From: Macrostomum lignano
Taxonomy: Eukaryota
Direction: 5' to 3'
Assembly: GCA_002269645.1 (NCBI GenBank)
Contig: NIVC01000085.1
Span: 992,001 to 1,056,000, forward strand
Length of the DNA: 64,000 nucleotides
The notes under the pieces were generated by a model. It was not told the origin of the DNA. It did no database searches and worked only from the letters and a program-made list of their open reading frames with translations. This document shows, one piece after another, positions 22,728 to 37,083 of this stretch; position 1 is the stretch's first letter, and each line of letters starts with the position of its first letter. Made by a program: the position numbers and the translations under genes.

Positions 22728-24204
22728 CTGCGGGAGATTTGTTAATTCGTCAACATGCTGGTTAGTTTGCGGTGACGCGGTGAGTTAGTAAACCCCTTTC
22801 TGTAGACAATGCGACTTCAAAATTAAGTGGAATGTTTAACGCTGGCAATTTTTATTGAATAATATGACTTTTGGCTACTTATGTAAGTAGCATATATAAT
22901 AAAAAAGTGTGTCAAAATTCAGGATGGCAAATTGAAATTTTATACATGTGAAAGGGACGCTTTCAAAGGGCCTAAATTTTACACCTAAAACCACCACTCT
23001 TCACAACGCCTACAACCACCGCACTTCACGCCTAAAACTGAATGTGAAGGAGCGTGCAGATATTTTAGCGTTGTGAAATTTAGGTCATATGAAGCACCCC
23101 GTGTAAGTCTTGAAATTCCCAATAATCCCAATGATTTTGTACAACTATTGATACTTCAAATGATATTTGAATTATAGACACTGTGGAACTTAATTTAAAG
23201 GGCACCCAGCTTAACATCCGGAATTCTAAGTTCAGAATGCGAAAAAAGAATTATAGTTGATGTTTCGCGACGCACGCTATGGCACAAATATTCCAGCTAG
23301 AGTTCAAGTGAGGTCAGGCAAGTTCTAACAAACCACTCGCTCAGCGATTTGGCCTCCGGCAGTGAAGGGAACTCAAGTAAAGCAGGACGCTGAGCTGCCG
23401 TCGCTCTGTCTAATGATTCTGAAATCGTTATAGAAAAAGAAGGAAAACCACAGAAAAGTGACGAGGCACCTCTCAATCACAATTCTCGTCAATGCTGTGC
23501 CTCGGAGAGACGTGAGCCTGGAACACGAGATGAATGTCCATCTCAAGTTCCGCTCAGCTCGCTTCGCTCTCCTCTGAGTTCCTCCTAGTAAAGGAATTCC
23601 AGGCCAACAAAACAATTTTGCCCCGTTTCGATCTCGGCAGCTCGATTTTCTCTTGCTTGAGCTTGGTATTTGAGTCGGACTCTCGGAGGGAAAGCAGATA
23701 TTATTGGAGAGAAGAAGACTCGAGCTGCTGCATTTCGCAAGACTCGCATACAATTTACTCAGTCTCCGAGCCTCTGCTTGCGTGCAGATTCTGGAATTCT
23801 GAAATCCGCATGACGACTCTCCAATTCCAATTAGGGCCAGTCGTGTTTGCCGCTAATTACTCCGGAGTGCCTTTGAGTTCAGGACATTTGTGCCCCGAAG
23901 CGCTCGAGGTCACGAGCGCGACTCCAAGAGAGGGTGTTAGTTTAGGGACAAGTGCTCAAAGGATTTCAGGTCACAGAAATTAGAAAAAAAGTTTGGTTTT
24001 TCTTTTTCTAATGAACGAATTAAGGATAAATGAGGTAGTTGGTCCACGGTGCTGGGCAAGTTAACCAGCGTCATGTTGAGTGTCGTGCGGACTTGGAAAG
24101 ATCCTTCTGAACCGAAATCGGACTTCTAATAGAACTTCTTCAGGAAAGAATTATGTTGTGGTGTAAACAACCGCTCCCACCATTACACGTTCTTTCAAAG
24201 CTCG

Positions 24205-24355
24205 GTGGCAACTTTCTCGGTTGGCAACTTTCTCGGCTGACAACTTTCTCGGCTGACAACTTTCTCGGCTGGCAACTTTCTTGGCTGACAACTTTCTCGG
24301 CTGGCAACTTCCTTGGCTGACAACTTTCTCGGCTGGCAACTTTCTTGGCTGGCAA
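24205..24355. repeat. 16-bp minisatellite
   Basis: Unit GGCTG(A/G)CAACTTTCTC. Confidence 0.9.
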
Positions 24356-25254
24356 AGTTCATAGACCCAGGTTCAAACCACAACAAAATATTCAAACAAT
24401 CTGAGAGTTTCACAAAACTTTTCATAATGTTTACATGTAATTTGGTGAAGTTTCGGAAAAAAACGTACGCACAGTCACACATTCAGCCAACCATGGTTTA
24501 ACCTAGCTAGTCAAATTATTCTAAGTACGCTACTGTGGAAGTTCAGTGGAGGATCACTAAAAAAGGTCCGTTATTGAGAGCTGCGAAGCTGCATCCATAG
24601 TATGTGGCGCATAACTTACGCTGGAGGCCGAAGGGATAAAAATCCTGCAACCTGGATGAGTCACCAGCAAGTCTCTGTTGGATTCGTAAATTTACCGATC
24701 AATTGCAACATTTTCAAACCAAACGGTGCTTTTTAACAAAACAAACTGCCTCACGCTGATAGGTGCAAGAAGGTGAAAACAGACGAGTGGGTTCTGTTAG
24801 CAACTTTATACAGACACAGTCTCAAGTTTGAAAGGAAGTCGGCTAACACTTAAACTGGATCAGACCAGCAATTCGGAATCTTTGATGTTGAACCAACTAC
24901 ATTAGTGATTGACCAAATTTGACTCAGAGAAAACCAGCTTAACTTCCTGTCTCAACTGGACTTGACATGACATGGCGTCAAAAAACCTATTTTCATTCAG
25001 GAAAACTGCATGCGGGAACTTGGACAGGCACTGATAGATCATGTGACCTCATCGCCGACAAAACGTCACTGTAGCTAATGGACGACAATTTCCCTTATCA
25101 AGCCCAGGCCATTCATCACACTAAGTGAAAAACGGTCTGTCTGTCTTACACTGCACGAAAATTGATATCTTGCCAATGTCAAAATTGTATTTCAGCACAG
25201 CGCGAATGGAAGAGGCAGCAATAGCTAATTTTAATACGAGTGTTACTGACGACT

Positions 25255-25830
25255 GCCCTCTCTCTCACTCCCTCTGCCCTCTCTCATTTCCTCTGCCCTC
25301 TCTCTCACTCCCTCTGCCCTCTCTCATTTCCTCTGCCCTCTCTCATTTCCTCTGCCCTCTCTCATTCCCTCTGCCCTCTCTCTCACTCCCTCTGCCCTCT
25401 CTCATTTCCTCTGCCCTCTCTCATTTCCTCTGCCCTCTCTCATTCCCTCTGCCCTCTCTCTCACTCCCTCTGCCCTCTCTCATTTCCTCTGCCCTCTCTC
25501 ATTTCCTCTGCCCTCTCTCATTCCCTCTGCCCTCTCTCTCACTCCCTCTGCCCTCTCTCATTCCCTCTGCCCTCTCTCATTTCCTCTGCCCTCTCTCATT
25601 TCCTCTGCCCTCTCTCATTCCCTCTGCCCTCTCTCTCACTCCCTCTGCCCTCTCTCATTCCCTCTGCCCTCTCTCATTTCCTCTGCCCTCTCTCATTTCC
25701 TCTGCCCTCTCTCATTCCCTCTGCCCTCTCTCTCACTCCCTCTGCCCTCTCTCATTCCCTCTGCCCTCTCTCATTCCCTCTGTTGCCCTCTCTCATTTCC
25801 TCTGCCCTCTCTCTCACTCCCTCTGCTCTC
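25255..25830. repeat. CT-rich 19/21-bp minisatellite
   Basis: Units CTCTGCCCTCTCTCATT(T/C)C and CTCTGCCCTCTCTCTCACTCC. Confidence 0.92.
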
Positions 25831-27519
25831 CCTCTCACTCCTTCTCACTTAATCTACCCTCCCTCTCACGACTCACTCCCTATGCCCTACCTCTCAACCC
25901 GCTCCTCTCATTCTTTCTATACTTTGCAGCAATAACTTCACTTAACAAAATCCCAAATACTTGAAATTTTATTCAACTTCGCAAACCGCCAACCCGCCTC
26001 TAAAGTGTCTGCAGTCTTGCTGCAATGTTCTTAATTAATATAATATTCGTGTAGGCGAGTCACTAAGCGGAAAACAGGCACACAGAGCAATAGGGTGCAT
26101 TGGCAGGCAGTAAAACGGAGATTTTAACCCCAGGGGCTGATAGTATTACGAGCTATACTTCGTATTCTTCTAAAATGTTCGACTTTGGAGCTCCTGGGGA
26201 GGGAATATTGAAGATATGGGGATATATATAGTATATACGAGTATTTTTGCTAACTGGGAAATAGGGATCCCGCAATGAATCACCTTTCATCATCAACATT
26301 ATTATCATCGAATGCTGCTATATGACCTGTACGCCCTGGAGCCTGTAGGGTTATAAGCTATATATATGCCTCACATGGGGTAAGTCAGATTCACAAGACC
26401 TTGCTGCATGACTACAGAAGGCAGGTAGTGTTTGAGAGTCCAGAGGTTCAGGCCCAGGGTGTATTAGCCTATTAAACTATGTTTAAATCAGATCGATATT
26501 AAATACCAAATTGAATTCATGTACATTAAGTTTGTACAGTTATTTAGGCATAAGCCATGCACACACAGTATTTATATTAATATCTATTATAGCCTTGCTG
26601 GTAAAACAGTGTTTATCCTAGCAAGATAGCAGACCCCAGCTGTAAGCTGTAAACATACACAGCCTGGCAAACATCATCGGCTATGCATGGTAGATCTGCA
26701 TTTTTCTGCGCTTCAATTTGGCTATAAACTTACAGCGGTCGCATTTGCACAGTGAGAAACTCGGCTTGGACGGATATATGGAGATAGTGATGATTTATGG
26801 TGACTGAGATCTAGATCCCAGAGAAAGCCATGGGATAAGAGGGTGAGATAAAGTGTAAGATAACAAAAACTACAAGATGGCTTACCTAGAAGTTCTTAGA
26901 TAGAAGTTACAGAATTTATAATCACTCGAACTTCGAGTGTTATAGACAATTAACTACGAATTATAAGAGACCACTTTGAAAATTCCGAATTAATTAATTT
27001 GCTTAGCTTTCCAGACATTTAATTTTGTACCTTTTATATAGGAAACTTTTTAGTTGGCCAGCACTTGGGGGGGGGGGGTTGAGACGCTCATCAGAAAGTT
27101 TTTCAAACCGAGATAAAAATCAATTGATAACGGGCGTCGCGTCAATTTCCATAAGTTTTTTTCTAAGCCATGGCTAACACCCACCTACGCATGGGGCGGT
27201 GAAGCGAGCCCTTCAAAATGACAGCTTTATTGGTGAGATAATGAGATCAGTATAGGCAGTTACAAAATTTTGAAAAAAAGAACACTCTGGTCTGGGCATA
27301 AAAATTTTACCAAGTTTGGACAAGTATGAGAAGTGACACATTGCGATAATTTACTAGTATAAAGCCATCGTCGCCTTGCCCTTATCACAGATAATTGATC
27401 AGGACTTACTATTTTTAAACAGACGACGAGTTCCAGTGTGTCACTTTTGGGTAATAAAATTTGTTGCAAAACTGCAGGTACTAGTTAAAGCAATTAGTAT
27501 TGAAGGGAGGTGGGGATGA

Positions 27520-27870
27520 GGGAGATGAGGGGAAAAAGCGGAGAGGGAGATAAGGGAGATGAGGGAGAGAGCGGAGGGAGATAAGGGAGATGAGGGAGAG
27601 AGCGGAGGGAGATAAGGGAGATGAGGGAGAGAGCGGAGGGAGATAAGGAGGGTGATGAGGGAGAGAGCGGAGAGGGAGAGCGGAGAGGGAGATGGAGATG
27701 ACGGAGAGAGCAGAGAGGAAAATGAGTATTGAGTGAGATGAGGGAGAGAGCGGAGAGGAAGATGAGGGAGAGAGCGGAGAGGAAGATGAGGGAGAGAGCG
27801 GAGAGGGAGATGAGGCAGAGAGCGGAGAGGGAGATGAGATGAGAGCGGAGAGGGAGATGAGGGGAGAAGG
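27520..27870. repeat. GA-rich degenerate tandem repeat
   Basis: GATGAGGGAGAGAGCGGAG-like units. Confidence 0.88.
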
Positions 27871-28819
27871 GGTTGAAAAGAAGCCCAATACGTGTTGTCT
27901 TTGCAGCACAACGCTACGTAATTGAAGCAAAGTTATTTGCAAAAGCCGAGAAGTCGAGAACAGAATGGAAGCGGAGACAGAAACCGGGAAACAACTTAAA
28001 AGCCAGTTTCTCTCACAGCAATATTAGTAGCAACTTTACAATGCGATTGGTAAAGGAGCAGATTTTGCAAAAACCCAAGCCGTTAACTACGAAGTTGCAG
28101 CATTAATTGATAATATTGAGCTCCTCCTCAGGTTCCTGTGCCTACCACAGCTTCTGTTCATAATTTGGCTATATCTTTTTGCAAAGAGATAGTAAGAATA
28201 AGAATAGACTAAGAATTAAATAGCGCAGACTGCACGCGTGCCTGTGTGCTAACCGAGTATGTTTTTCTGCTTCTAAAAGAAAGAAAGACTGTATATGGCC
28301 CCATGGAGTTTGTTGCTTGACGAAATTATTATTTTAGGATTGGAGTTTATTGCAGATTGCGTACCTACCTACCTATGTTGATGAAAAAGCATTATATTTA
28401 AACCACCGATATGTAGCGAAAACAACTATTTTAATGAGGAAAAGTAACGCTTTCTAAGAAACAGATTCGTCTTGTAATTTTAAAGCTTACCATTCTGAAA
28501 AGCAAAATTTTGAAAGCTGAACCAGTTGAATGTCTGTTTAACTATTAGTTAGATGTGGTCAAAGTTGCTAACATAAACTCAGACAGACAGCATCGAACTC
28601 TTATTAAGTTTTATTTAATACAATTCGAAATTCTCTCGGTCTCATTTCATTTTTAGCTTGCTGCGTAGATTCTTAACTGGCCAGGAAGTGGAAAAGTAAA
28701 TTATTTATATGCCTCAAAAAAGTTCTAATAAGACTAAAATATTGGAAGATATTCATTCGTGCTATTATTAAAATAGAATTCAAAAGAATAACAAAAAATA
28801 TTGAATTTGTTTTACTCAC

Positions 28820-28987
28820 CTGCGTCCCAGTTGGTATTGCCGAATTGCGTCGCATTGAAGTCATGGAGTTGAACAGGAAATTGGCGTACAGCCTGTGATA
28901 GTAGGATGCAGATGAGGCGCTGGGAGAAGCTGGAGACTGGGCTAAACAATAGGCCTGCGAGTTTACGGCTTCTGTTCGGTTGTGCAT
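28820..28987 (-). CDS. Candidate upstream coding exon, possibly the first exon of the GAS2-like gene
   Basis: ATG at 28987 (MHNRTEAVNSQ...IPTGTQ) ends at a strong donor CAG|gtgagt in phase 0, compatible with the phase-0 acceptor at 22727. No homology evidence. Confidence 0.4.
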
Positions 28988-31129
28988 GCTGTAGAAGCGA
29001 TTAAATTGCTGCTTTTGGCTGCTTTCGGCGACTGTTGTTGGTGCGATTGCTGCTGCTGCTGCTGTGCAACAAAGTCTAATTGCTTCTGTAAGAAAGCAAC
29101 CGGCGATTGCATCTTTAGAATTTCTGCTGGGCCAGCTGCTTTTTAAAGAGTTGCTTTGCTCTCTTTTGAAGACAGACACGGGATTTTTCTATTCTTTTGA
29201 TGGAGCCAAAGAAGGATTTCGATTTTTTTCTGGGCTTCAAAAGCCCCACTTCTTTGTCTGTGACTGCGACTGCGGCACTTTAGTGGGCCACTTCTCAAGC
29301 AGCAATCAAGCTCTTTAGGATCAAGAAATACAAAATCTGACTGAACAGAACAGAACCCAATCAGTGTAAGTGTTTCACGTTTCTCGTGAGTGAGCCTCCT
29401 CTGCGCTTCTTTTTCAATCCAGAGTGTAGAAAACAGTTAAGACAGTTCAATTTGAACAAGTCAATGAGAGAATCTTCTTTGTATTTTAAGTCTGAACTGC
29501 AGGGGGTTTGTTGGGGGTGGTGGTTGTGCTGGCTTGCCTTGTGCTTGTGGCCCGCGGTTGGTTATGAGAGGATGGACTGGGGCTAGGGGAGGGGCTGGAC
29601 TGGCATATGGCATCGTACATTAAGAGTTATACTACGACCTATAATATAATAGTATAGTATGGACTATATATAGTAAAACTTTGCGACCATTAAAAAGCGT
29701 CGGGGGCAAGAACACCACCAATCTCGTGCAACCCCCCCCCCAATTTAGCGGGGGGGGGGGCTTCCATATAGTTCAGTTTAAACTTTATCACAAACACCCA
29801 CCCCTCCTTCACCCATCCCCTTTCCTTGGGCTTGAAGCCCACCAATTTAATGATCAGAGGAAAAGCGGGGCTGGTCTCAGAACATTCTATCATGGCAATC
29901 GAATATCGGGGGGGGGGGGTGGGTCCACTGGAGGGGATGAAGAATTAATTTGATTTAATATGAAATGTACGGTTTTGTAATTAAAATCAACTTTCCAATT
30001 AGACATCCCTTAACTTAGCCAGAATTTACAGTATGTACAGTGCACAGCAAACATGACACACGGTACGGAACAGGTATTATTAGCAATTTAGCGTGAACAT
30101 TATCATAAGTAATAAATTAGCTTATCAAATTATTTGATGCGATGTACTGTCTACGCTACTGAAAGTAGGAAAAATGGCAGGTGATGATACTTCATAAATT
30201 ATATGCAAATGCAATATTTACACCGATGTACTGAATAGGCACTTTGATTCCAATTCCATCTAAAGTTCAAATTAAAAAACCTCTGGATAATCGCAAAAAT
30301 GAAGATATAAAAGAATTCCTTCTTCAAAAGTTGAAGCAAAATTCAAGCAGATGCAACTTACATTTATAACAATCGTCCGAATAATCCAAATTCCGAAGCC
30401 AATTTTTGAGCTCTCGAACTGCAGAAATCGAATTCAAATTGAAACGCCTCAACTCAAAACTCTGTGACTGATTCAAAAGTCTGCGGTTCCATGCAGTCAG
30501 GTCTAACTGTCTCGATTTTGCATAATTCATATAGACATGCCGTCAGCCCACGTGTATAGCAGATTTTTACGCGCGAATCAAAATCAATGAATGAATTGAA
30601 TTGGAGTCTATATACCAAACTGGCCTCGCCAACGGACTTGGATGAGTCATGCAAGCGCCGTGGGGTCACTTCAAATGCGCTCAAGCAACTGTTCTGTTGG
30701 GAAAGCAATTTTTTTATTTCTTCTCTTACTCTTCAGACTGTGCTGGGATCTTCCGGGGTGCAGGAGTCATGGGATCTGCTGCAGTGTCTGCACGCTATTG
30801 CATGTTGCCAGTAACAATATTCCCTAGAGTATAGTTACCTTCCCTGCTCTCCAACTCTTCATAAGTAATTTCGCTCCACAAAAGTTGTTGCGCAACATGC
30901 AGGGGGCAACTGTTGAAACACTGGGATAGTCCCCGCGTGAGCACTGCAACGAGTTTGGCCGCCTCGCCTTTCGAGAAACCCTTGCACACGCAGAAGAAAC
31001 AAAGATTTCAGGAGTGATAAATTGGATTTCAAATGCCATAAAAGCGATGAAGTGAGTTTCAGAGGTTAAAAAAAGAGTTACGAACGACTGAGGGAGTTTT
31101 CTCTGCGACAAGGTGAATTCCATGAGCGA

Positions 31130-31525
31130 AAAGATGAGTTTTATGAGCAACAAGATATGGGTTTTATAAGCGATAAGATGGGTTTTATGAGCGATAAGAT
31201 GAGTTTTATGAGCGAAAAAATATGGGTTTTATAAGCGTAAGATGGGTTTTAGAAGCGATAAGATGGGTTTTATAAGCGATAAGATGAGTTTTATATGCGA
31301 TAAGATGGGTTTTATGAGCTACAAGATGGGTTTTATGAGCTGCAATATGGGTTTTATGAGCTACAAGATGGGTTTTATGAGCTGCAATATGGGTTTTATG
31401 AGCTACAAGATGGGCTTCGACAAGATGGGTTTTATGAGCGACAATTTGGGTTTCAGGAGCGACAAGGTGGGTTTCAGGAGCGACAAGGTGGGTTTCAGGA
31501 GCGACATGATGGGTTTCAGGAGCGC
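31130..31525. repeat. ~21-bp degenerate minisatellite
   Basis: Unit GATAAGATGGGTTTTATGAGC and variants. Confidence 0.88.
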
Positions 31526-32054
31526 TTTTAAATCATAAACCTTGAACCTCTACCTGTAACGACAGTGGTTGTGTGACTGCAAAAGAAACTCAATGAGTTT
31601 CTCCCCCAATGGGAATTCAATAAACTGACAGAGATCAAAAGTTGGTTTCTGTTTTGAATGCGCCGTATTCCCCTGCAGAAGCGATGACTCATTGAGCAAA
31701 TGTCCGTATTATTCCAACGTGAAGTCAATAATGGTCTACTGACTATGTCTGCTGCCAGTAGTCTATGGGGGGGTGGTGGTTAACAGGCCCTTCGGATTTT
31801 AAACTGTGTGAGTCATAACCGCTAAGAAAGTTCATTGTCTATACTGAGTTCTGAAGAAGTTGCGCCTGCTATAGCCTTTTTTGAGCACTTGCACACTCAG
31901 AATTAAAGTCTTTCGTCTCCCTTGAATTAGTTGTATTCAATAATATTCGACCATATTCACTGAGTCTTGAACTGTTGGAATTTAAGTCTGGAAGCTAAGG
32001 GGAGTTAAAATGAAGGCTGATTTTTAGATTTAAGATCAATTAAATCTCTTAAGG

Positions 32055-33090
32055 GATGAGGGATCTATTTGGCATTAGGGATCTATTTGGTAATAGGGAT
32101 CTATTTGGTATTAGGGATCTATTTGGCATTAGGGATCTATTTGGCATTAGGGATCTGTTTGGAATTAGGGATCTGTTTGGCATTAGGGATCTATTTGGCA
32201 TTAGGGATCTATTTGGCATTAGGGATCTATTTGGCATTAGGGATCTGTTTGGAATTAGGGATCTATTTGGCATTAGGGATCTATTTGGCATTAGGGATCT
32301 ATTTGGAATTAGGGATCTATTTGGGATTAAGGATCTGTTTGGAATTAGGGATCTATTTGGCATTAGGGATCTATTTGGCATTAGGGATCTATTTGGCATT
32401 AGGGATCTATTTGGGATTAGGGATCTGTTTGCGATTGGGGATCTACATGTATTTGGGATTAAGGGTCAATTTATCGTTAGGGATCTATTTGAGATTAGGG
32501 ATCTATTTGGGATTAGGGATCTATTTGGGATTAGGGATCTGTTTGGGATTAGGGATCTATTTGGGATTAGAGATTTGTTTGGGATTAGGGATCTATTTGC
32601 GATTATGGATCTACATGTATTTGGGATTAAGGATCTATTTAGGATTAGGGATCTACATGTATTTGGGATTATGGATTTATTTGGGATTAGGGATCTATTT
32701 AGTATTAGGGATCGGGGAATATGTATTTGGGATTATGGATCTACATGTATTTGGGATTATGGATCTACATGTATTTGGGATTATGGATCTACATGTATTT
32801 GGGATTATGGATCTACATCTATTTGGGATTATGGATATGTTTAGAATTTGGGATTATGGATCTACATCTATTTGGGATTATGGATCTACATCTATTTGGG
32901 ATTATGGATCTACATGTATTTAGGATTATGGATCTACATCTATTTGGGATTATGGATATGTTTAGAATTTGGGATTATGGATGTATGTTTTGGGATTTGG
33001 GATCTATTTGGGATTATGGATGTGTGGGATCGGGGATCTATTTGGGATTAGGAATTTTTGGGATCTGGGATCTATCTGGGATTAGGGATT
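32055..33090. repeat. 18-bp minisatellite grading into a ~22-bp variant
   Basis: TTAGGGATCTATTTGG(C/G)A, then GGATTATGGATCTACATGTATTTG-type units. Confidence 0.92.
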
Positions 33091-36000
33091 TATTCAGAAG
33101 GATTTAAAAACTATTCTAGAACTTTTTGGAGTTCAAGATTCGAGATCTATTCGGTATTCTGGATGTTCTTGGAATTTGGGACTCGTAATCTACTCAAGAT
33201 TCTGAATCTACTCAGGGTTCGGGATCAATAGAGGAATCTTGATTTATTCAGACCTTTCCAGCTACAGCACAAAAGTGGGATCTAGTAGAATGATCCCTAG
33301 TCAGGATGAGGAACCTATTCAAGTGTTTAAAGGTTATTTTTAGAAATAAGCCAACGAATGGAAGACATAACGGTCTTAATGCAATTCAAAGCTAAATTAC
33401 ATTATCATAATTTCGGTGATGCTAAACCGCAATAAATAATCGCGAGTGTAATATTTAAGAATTAGAGCAAGCCTATCGGAGTCCGGCCATGACGTTGCAA
33501 CCAGAGTGACTAGATATAGTAATCAGGAGAGGGATTGCCAAGCTCTAAAAACTGCGGTTTAAGTGTTCAGCAAGAGGGTCCAGATTTACAATACAAGGAA
33601 TCGAAAAAGCTGATAAAATCCTCGGAATGAAGAAAAAAATCAATTCAATATTCGCTATGCTTACTATCTAGTAGTATTTAGCGATTCGGTGCATTCGAAC
33701 TGTGTTGGAGAGGAGAAATGACGCAAAAATCGATTTTATTAAAGAATGTCAAACGGACAAGAGTTTTGGGCTCGAGAAAAAATTGGAAATGTCACGCTGG
33801 GTCTTCCAGTGCTGACAACTTGCACAAGTTATTAGTGTTTAAAATTGGCAGTTATCATGATTAACAATAATATGTATAATTTTAGAATCTAAAGTTCGAC
33901 AAGAGTGCAATGGGTTAAGATTTGAGAGGGGATTGATCAGTTTGTCATGGATGCAACGCGTTGAGGAGCGGTAAAGTGTGTCGTGTCGACAGTGGACCAC
34001 TATAATATGATGAATCACTCATAGTTTAAATGACAAATTTACTCAAAATTTAATACTGAGATCAATCAATGGGTTGCCCAAGTAACGCAAAAAGTCTTAG
34101 AAATGAATTAAACTTCTTTGAGTAGTTTTGAATCTGCTACAGTTTAATAACGACAACTAGGCGTGACAACACACACTTTTGGTAGATCTGCTAACGCGGT
34201 TCTTGACAACAATCAGATTTGAAGAAAATGTTGTATTGAAAAATCATGCTCTTATTGAAAGTTGATTTATTGGAACTATACTTAATTTAGAAACCCACCT
34301 TACAGAGAGGACTTGTTCTACGAGTAGAAGAAGATTCTACAAGTAGAAGAAGACTTAGAGCAAAGTGATTGGGGCTGGGAAAATTAAGAATGAGGATAAA
34401 TACGTCCAGAGGTCTCTTGTAAAAATACCTAAATACAAACGAGGGGGGTAAAAATGTGCTTCGCAAAGCGGCTGCAACCTCGCGTGACTACTGATTAGTA
34501 GGATAAATAGAGAGAGCTATGCCGGAAAAGCGGACTTATAACAAAAATACTCGCAAAACAGAAGGAACTTGGAGGTTTGAGTATATGTTAGCAAGCGGTA
34601 GCATTTGTATCGTATTGAAGCAACTTATAATTGCATGAAGTGCTGCAAATTGGTACTTCTCTTTGCCAAGGGCTGATGTGTCTTTGTTTCAGTTTCGTAG
34701 TCAAGGCATAACAAGAGGCTTAAACAGTGGGAAAGAAAATACACAAAAGGTAAAACAAAAAAGCGGGAATCGTAGAGAAAAAATGAGTGATAGTCCGGCA
34801 GTTTGAGATTAAAAGGTCAACATCTTGAGTTCCGAATATGCAGCGCAAACTATTTTGTTATAAAGAGCAAGCGATACTAAGTAATGTTGGTCCACCTGAC
34901 AAATGTTCCGCATCATAAATAATTCTATTTCTAAAACAATCCAAGTCATTATTGATCATTTTTTGACAGAAAATGGTCAGATTTAAGTGGCGAAGTCAGG
35001 TAAAAAACGAGTCAGTTTGCATTGGTAAACGCTAGCAAGTCGACCTCGGGGCGACGGTGTTAAAAGAGTTTTCATTCAGTACTTTTTGCAGCGTCTGACT
35101 TCGGCTTCAAAATCTGTTGATCTGCAATGAAAATCGATGCAAAGTGACAGTAAAAGCTTGCAAGTAATGATTTCAGGTTGCTTTTAGCCTATATTTTAGT
35201 TAACTTTCAAAGAACTCTTCTTTAAATTAGCAACGATCATCACAACGAACAGACCAAGTCAGTGCATAGGTCTGTGTTAAACACGAAATTCTTTCCGCTT
35301 TGAGCAACAGCTAAATTAGAAAGCAAGCAAATAATTAGTCATAACAGACGCGTTCAAGGACACTGCGCTGGATCTAAACTGTACAACAAACTTTATCTTG
35401 AAAGTGTGAACAAATTTAAACAAAACCTTTCTTTGCTTTAGAATTCCTAATTGGATACAGTCTAGCTTGTGTTCCTACAATTGTTCCTGTTGGGAACTTA
35501 ACCAGTATTGGCACGAGAAGTAAATGCAACGACACTTGAAAAGAAAATGTCATATTAAAAATGCTAAAACACTTTTTTGTTCTAAAATACGATTAAGCAG
35601 CCTTACAAAAACGTCCCACAAAACGTGAATAACGAATTCGAACATATGAAAGACGAGAATCTGATGTTAGTTTCAAGTGCTAACAATTAAAATTTGTTCG
35701 AAGATATTTTTGCGTTCAAAGATGAACTGCTGTCTTGTCAATATCTTGAATGAGCTTTTAAGACGTGGTCCGTGAGAAGAGAGCGGGTCCTGGATGTCTT
35801 GAGTATCTTAGTCAACGATACACCCGTATTATCAATTAGGACAGAGAGTGACTGTCACATTTATTTGGACAAACAACGAGCAGAAAAAAATGATGAAAGA
35901 TAAGATTTCATATTTTTACCAGGGGGGTCTGCAGGCTCGCAGTCGCTCACTGCGAGTTTGCTGCTCTCTCCAACAATTGATTGCTCAATGGAAAATAAAT

Positions 36001-36664
36001 AATACTAATTGGTAGCACCGTGGAGGCTGCAGTGATTGGTGTACTTCTCAGGCCTGCATTAGGTGGTATTGTGCGTTTAGGAAACGTTGATCAAGCTTAT
36101 GGTTGCCAATCTCAACATGAGCTGGGCAATCTTGTTCAGTTGTTTGGGCCTGCAGAATCGCATAAAAATTACCCTGCAGCACCATACGAGTCGTAAAACC
36201 CTAAAAATCCTCAGCAAAGTGAAATCCGAGAAACTAAAAAAGCCGCATTTGTCCTACTGCTAGATGCACAGGGCTAGATGTAGTTTTATGGACTTCACAT
36301 GCTTAAATAATAAATTGGATCGCAAGGTAGAGTGAAGGTAATAAGATCCACGATAAACTATAAGAGTTATAAATTAGGAATTAGGAATGGCTGCAAAACA
36401 AAAATTATTATTCTTGAGCTTTTGCACTGCAAGCGGGCATTTAAACTTTTTGGAAATGAACGCTTAACTTCTAAATAAATCTGGACAAAAGTTACCAAAA
36501 ATGGATTTGGACTACAATAGATAAAGCAAATATATTTACCCACTTTCCAAACATAGTTACTAGCTAATGCTTTTAAGTCAGATAGAATGCCCTCCAAGGA
36601 TTTAGCGTTAACCCGATTCACGTAAATCAACTTACGCGTCGAGAAGTGCAACTGAGTCCGTTCG

Positions 36665-37083
36665 TCAGTAGGGCCGGCCCTCGCCTTTAGGCCGTTTCAG
36701 CTGCACTTTGAGCCGCTTCATGCCAATCTGAAAGCCGTTCATGGCTTGAATGGCAGCCGCCGCGGCTGCCGAGTTGTCGAAGCTCACAAAGCCGAAGCAC
36801 TTGCTCTGGTTGGTGGCGCGGTCGACGTACACCTTGGCGGAGATCACCGTGCCGAATGGAGCAAACATCTGGGCGAGCTCGCAGTCGCCGAACTCCTGCG
36901 GCAGATGGTAGATGAACAGGTTGCAGCCATCAGGCCCAGTCAGGATGAACTCCTTGGAGCCATCCTTGTGCTGCACAGGCATCGACATGGCCTGTTGCGT
37001 TAGCGACATGAAAGGAGCGGCTGCGTAGGCGGCAGCAGCGGCTGCGGCTGGATAAGTGGCCGTTGGGTCGGCTGGATACGCAG
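36665..37083 (-). CDS. CELF: CELF3-6/Bruno-like RNA-binding protein, exon 7 (RRM3)
   Basis: Acceptor acctgcag|CT, phase 1; [55 protein letters not shown]...[19 protein letters not shown]; TGA at 36667-36665. Confidence 0.95.

Noticed and set aside
23373-23983. ORF-like, GC-richer stretch
   Set aside because: Interrupted by stops with no recognisable motif; cannot be assigned without a search.
30795-30989. Exon-like segment (GFSKGEAAKLVAVLTRG...) with a possible donor
   Set aside because: No identifiable partner exons or homology.
33100-36600. AT-rich unique stretch possibly hiding a decayed element
   Set aside because: No sustained ORF or motif found by eye; compatible with a long CELF 3'UTR or intergenic DNA.
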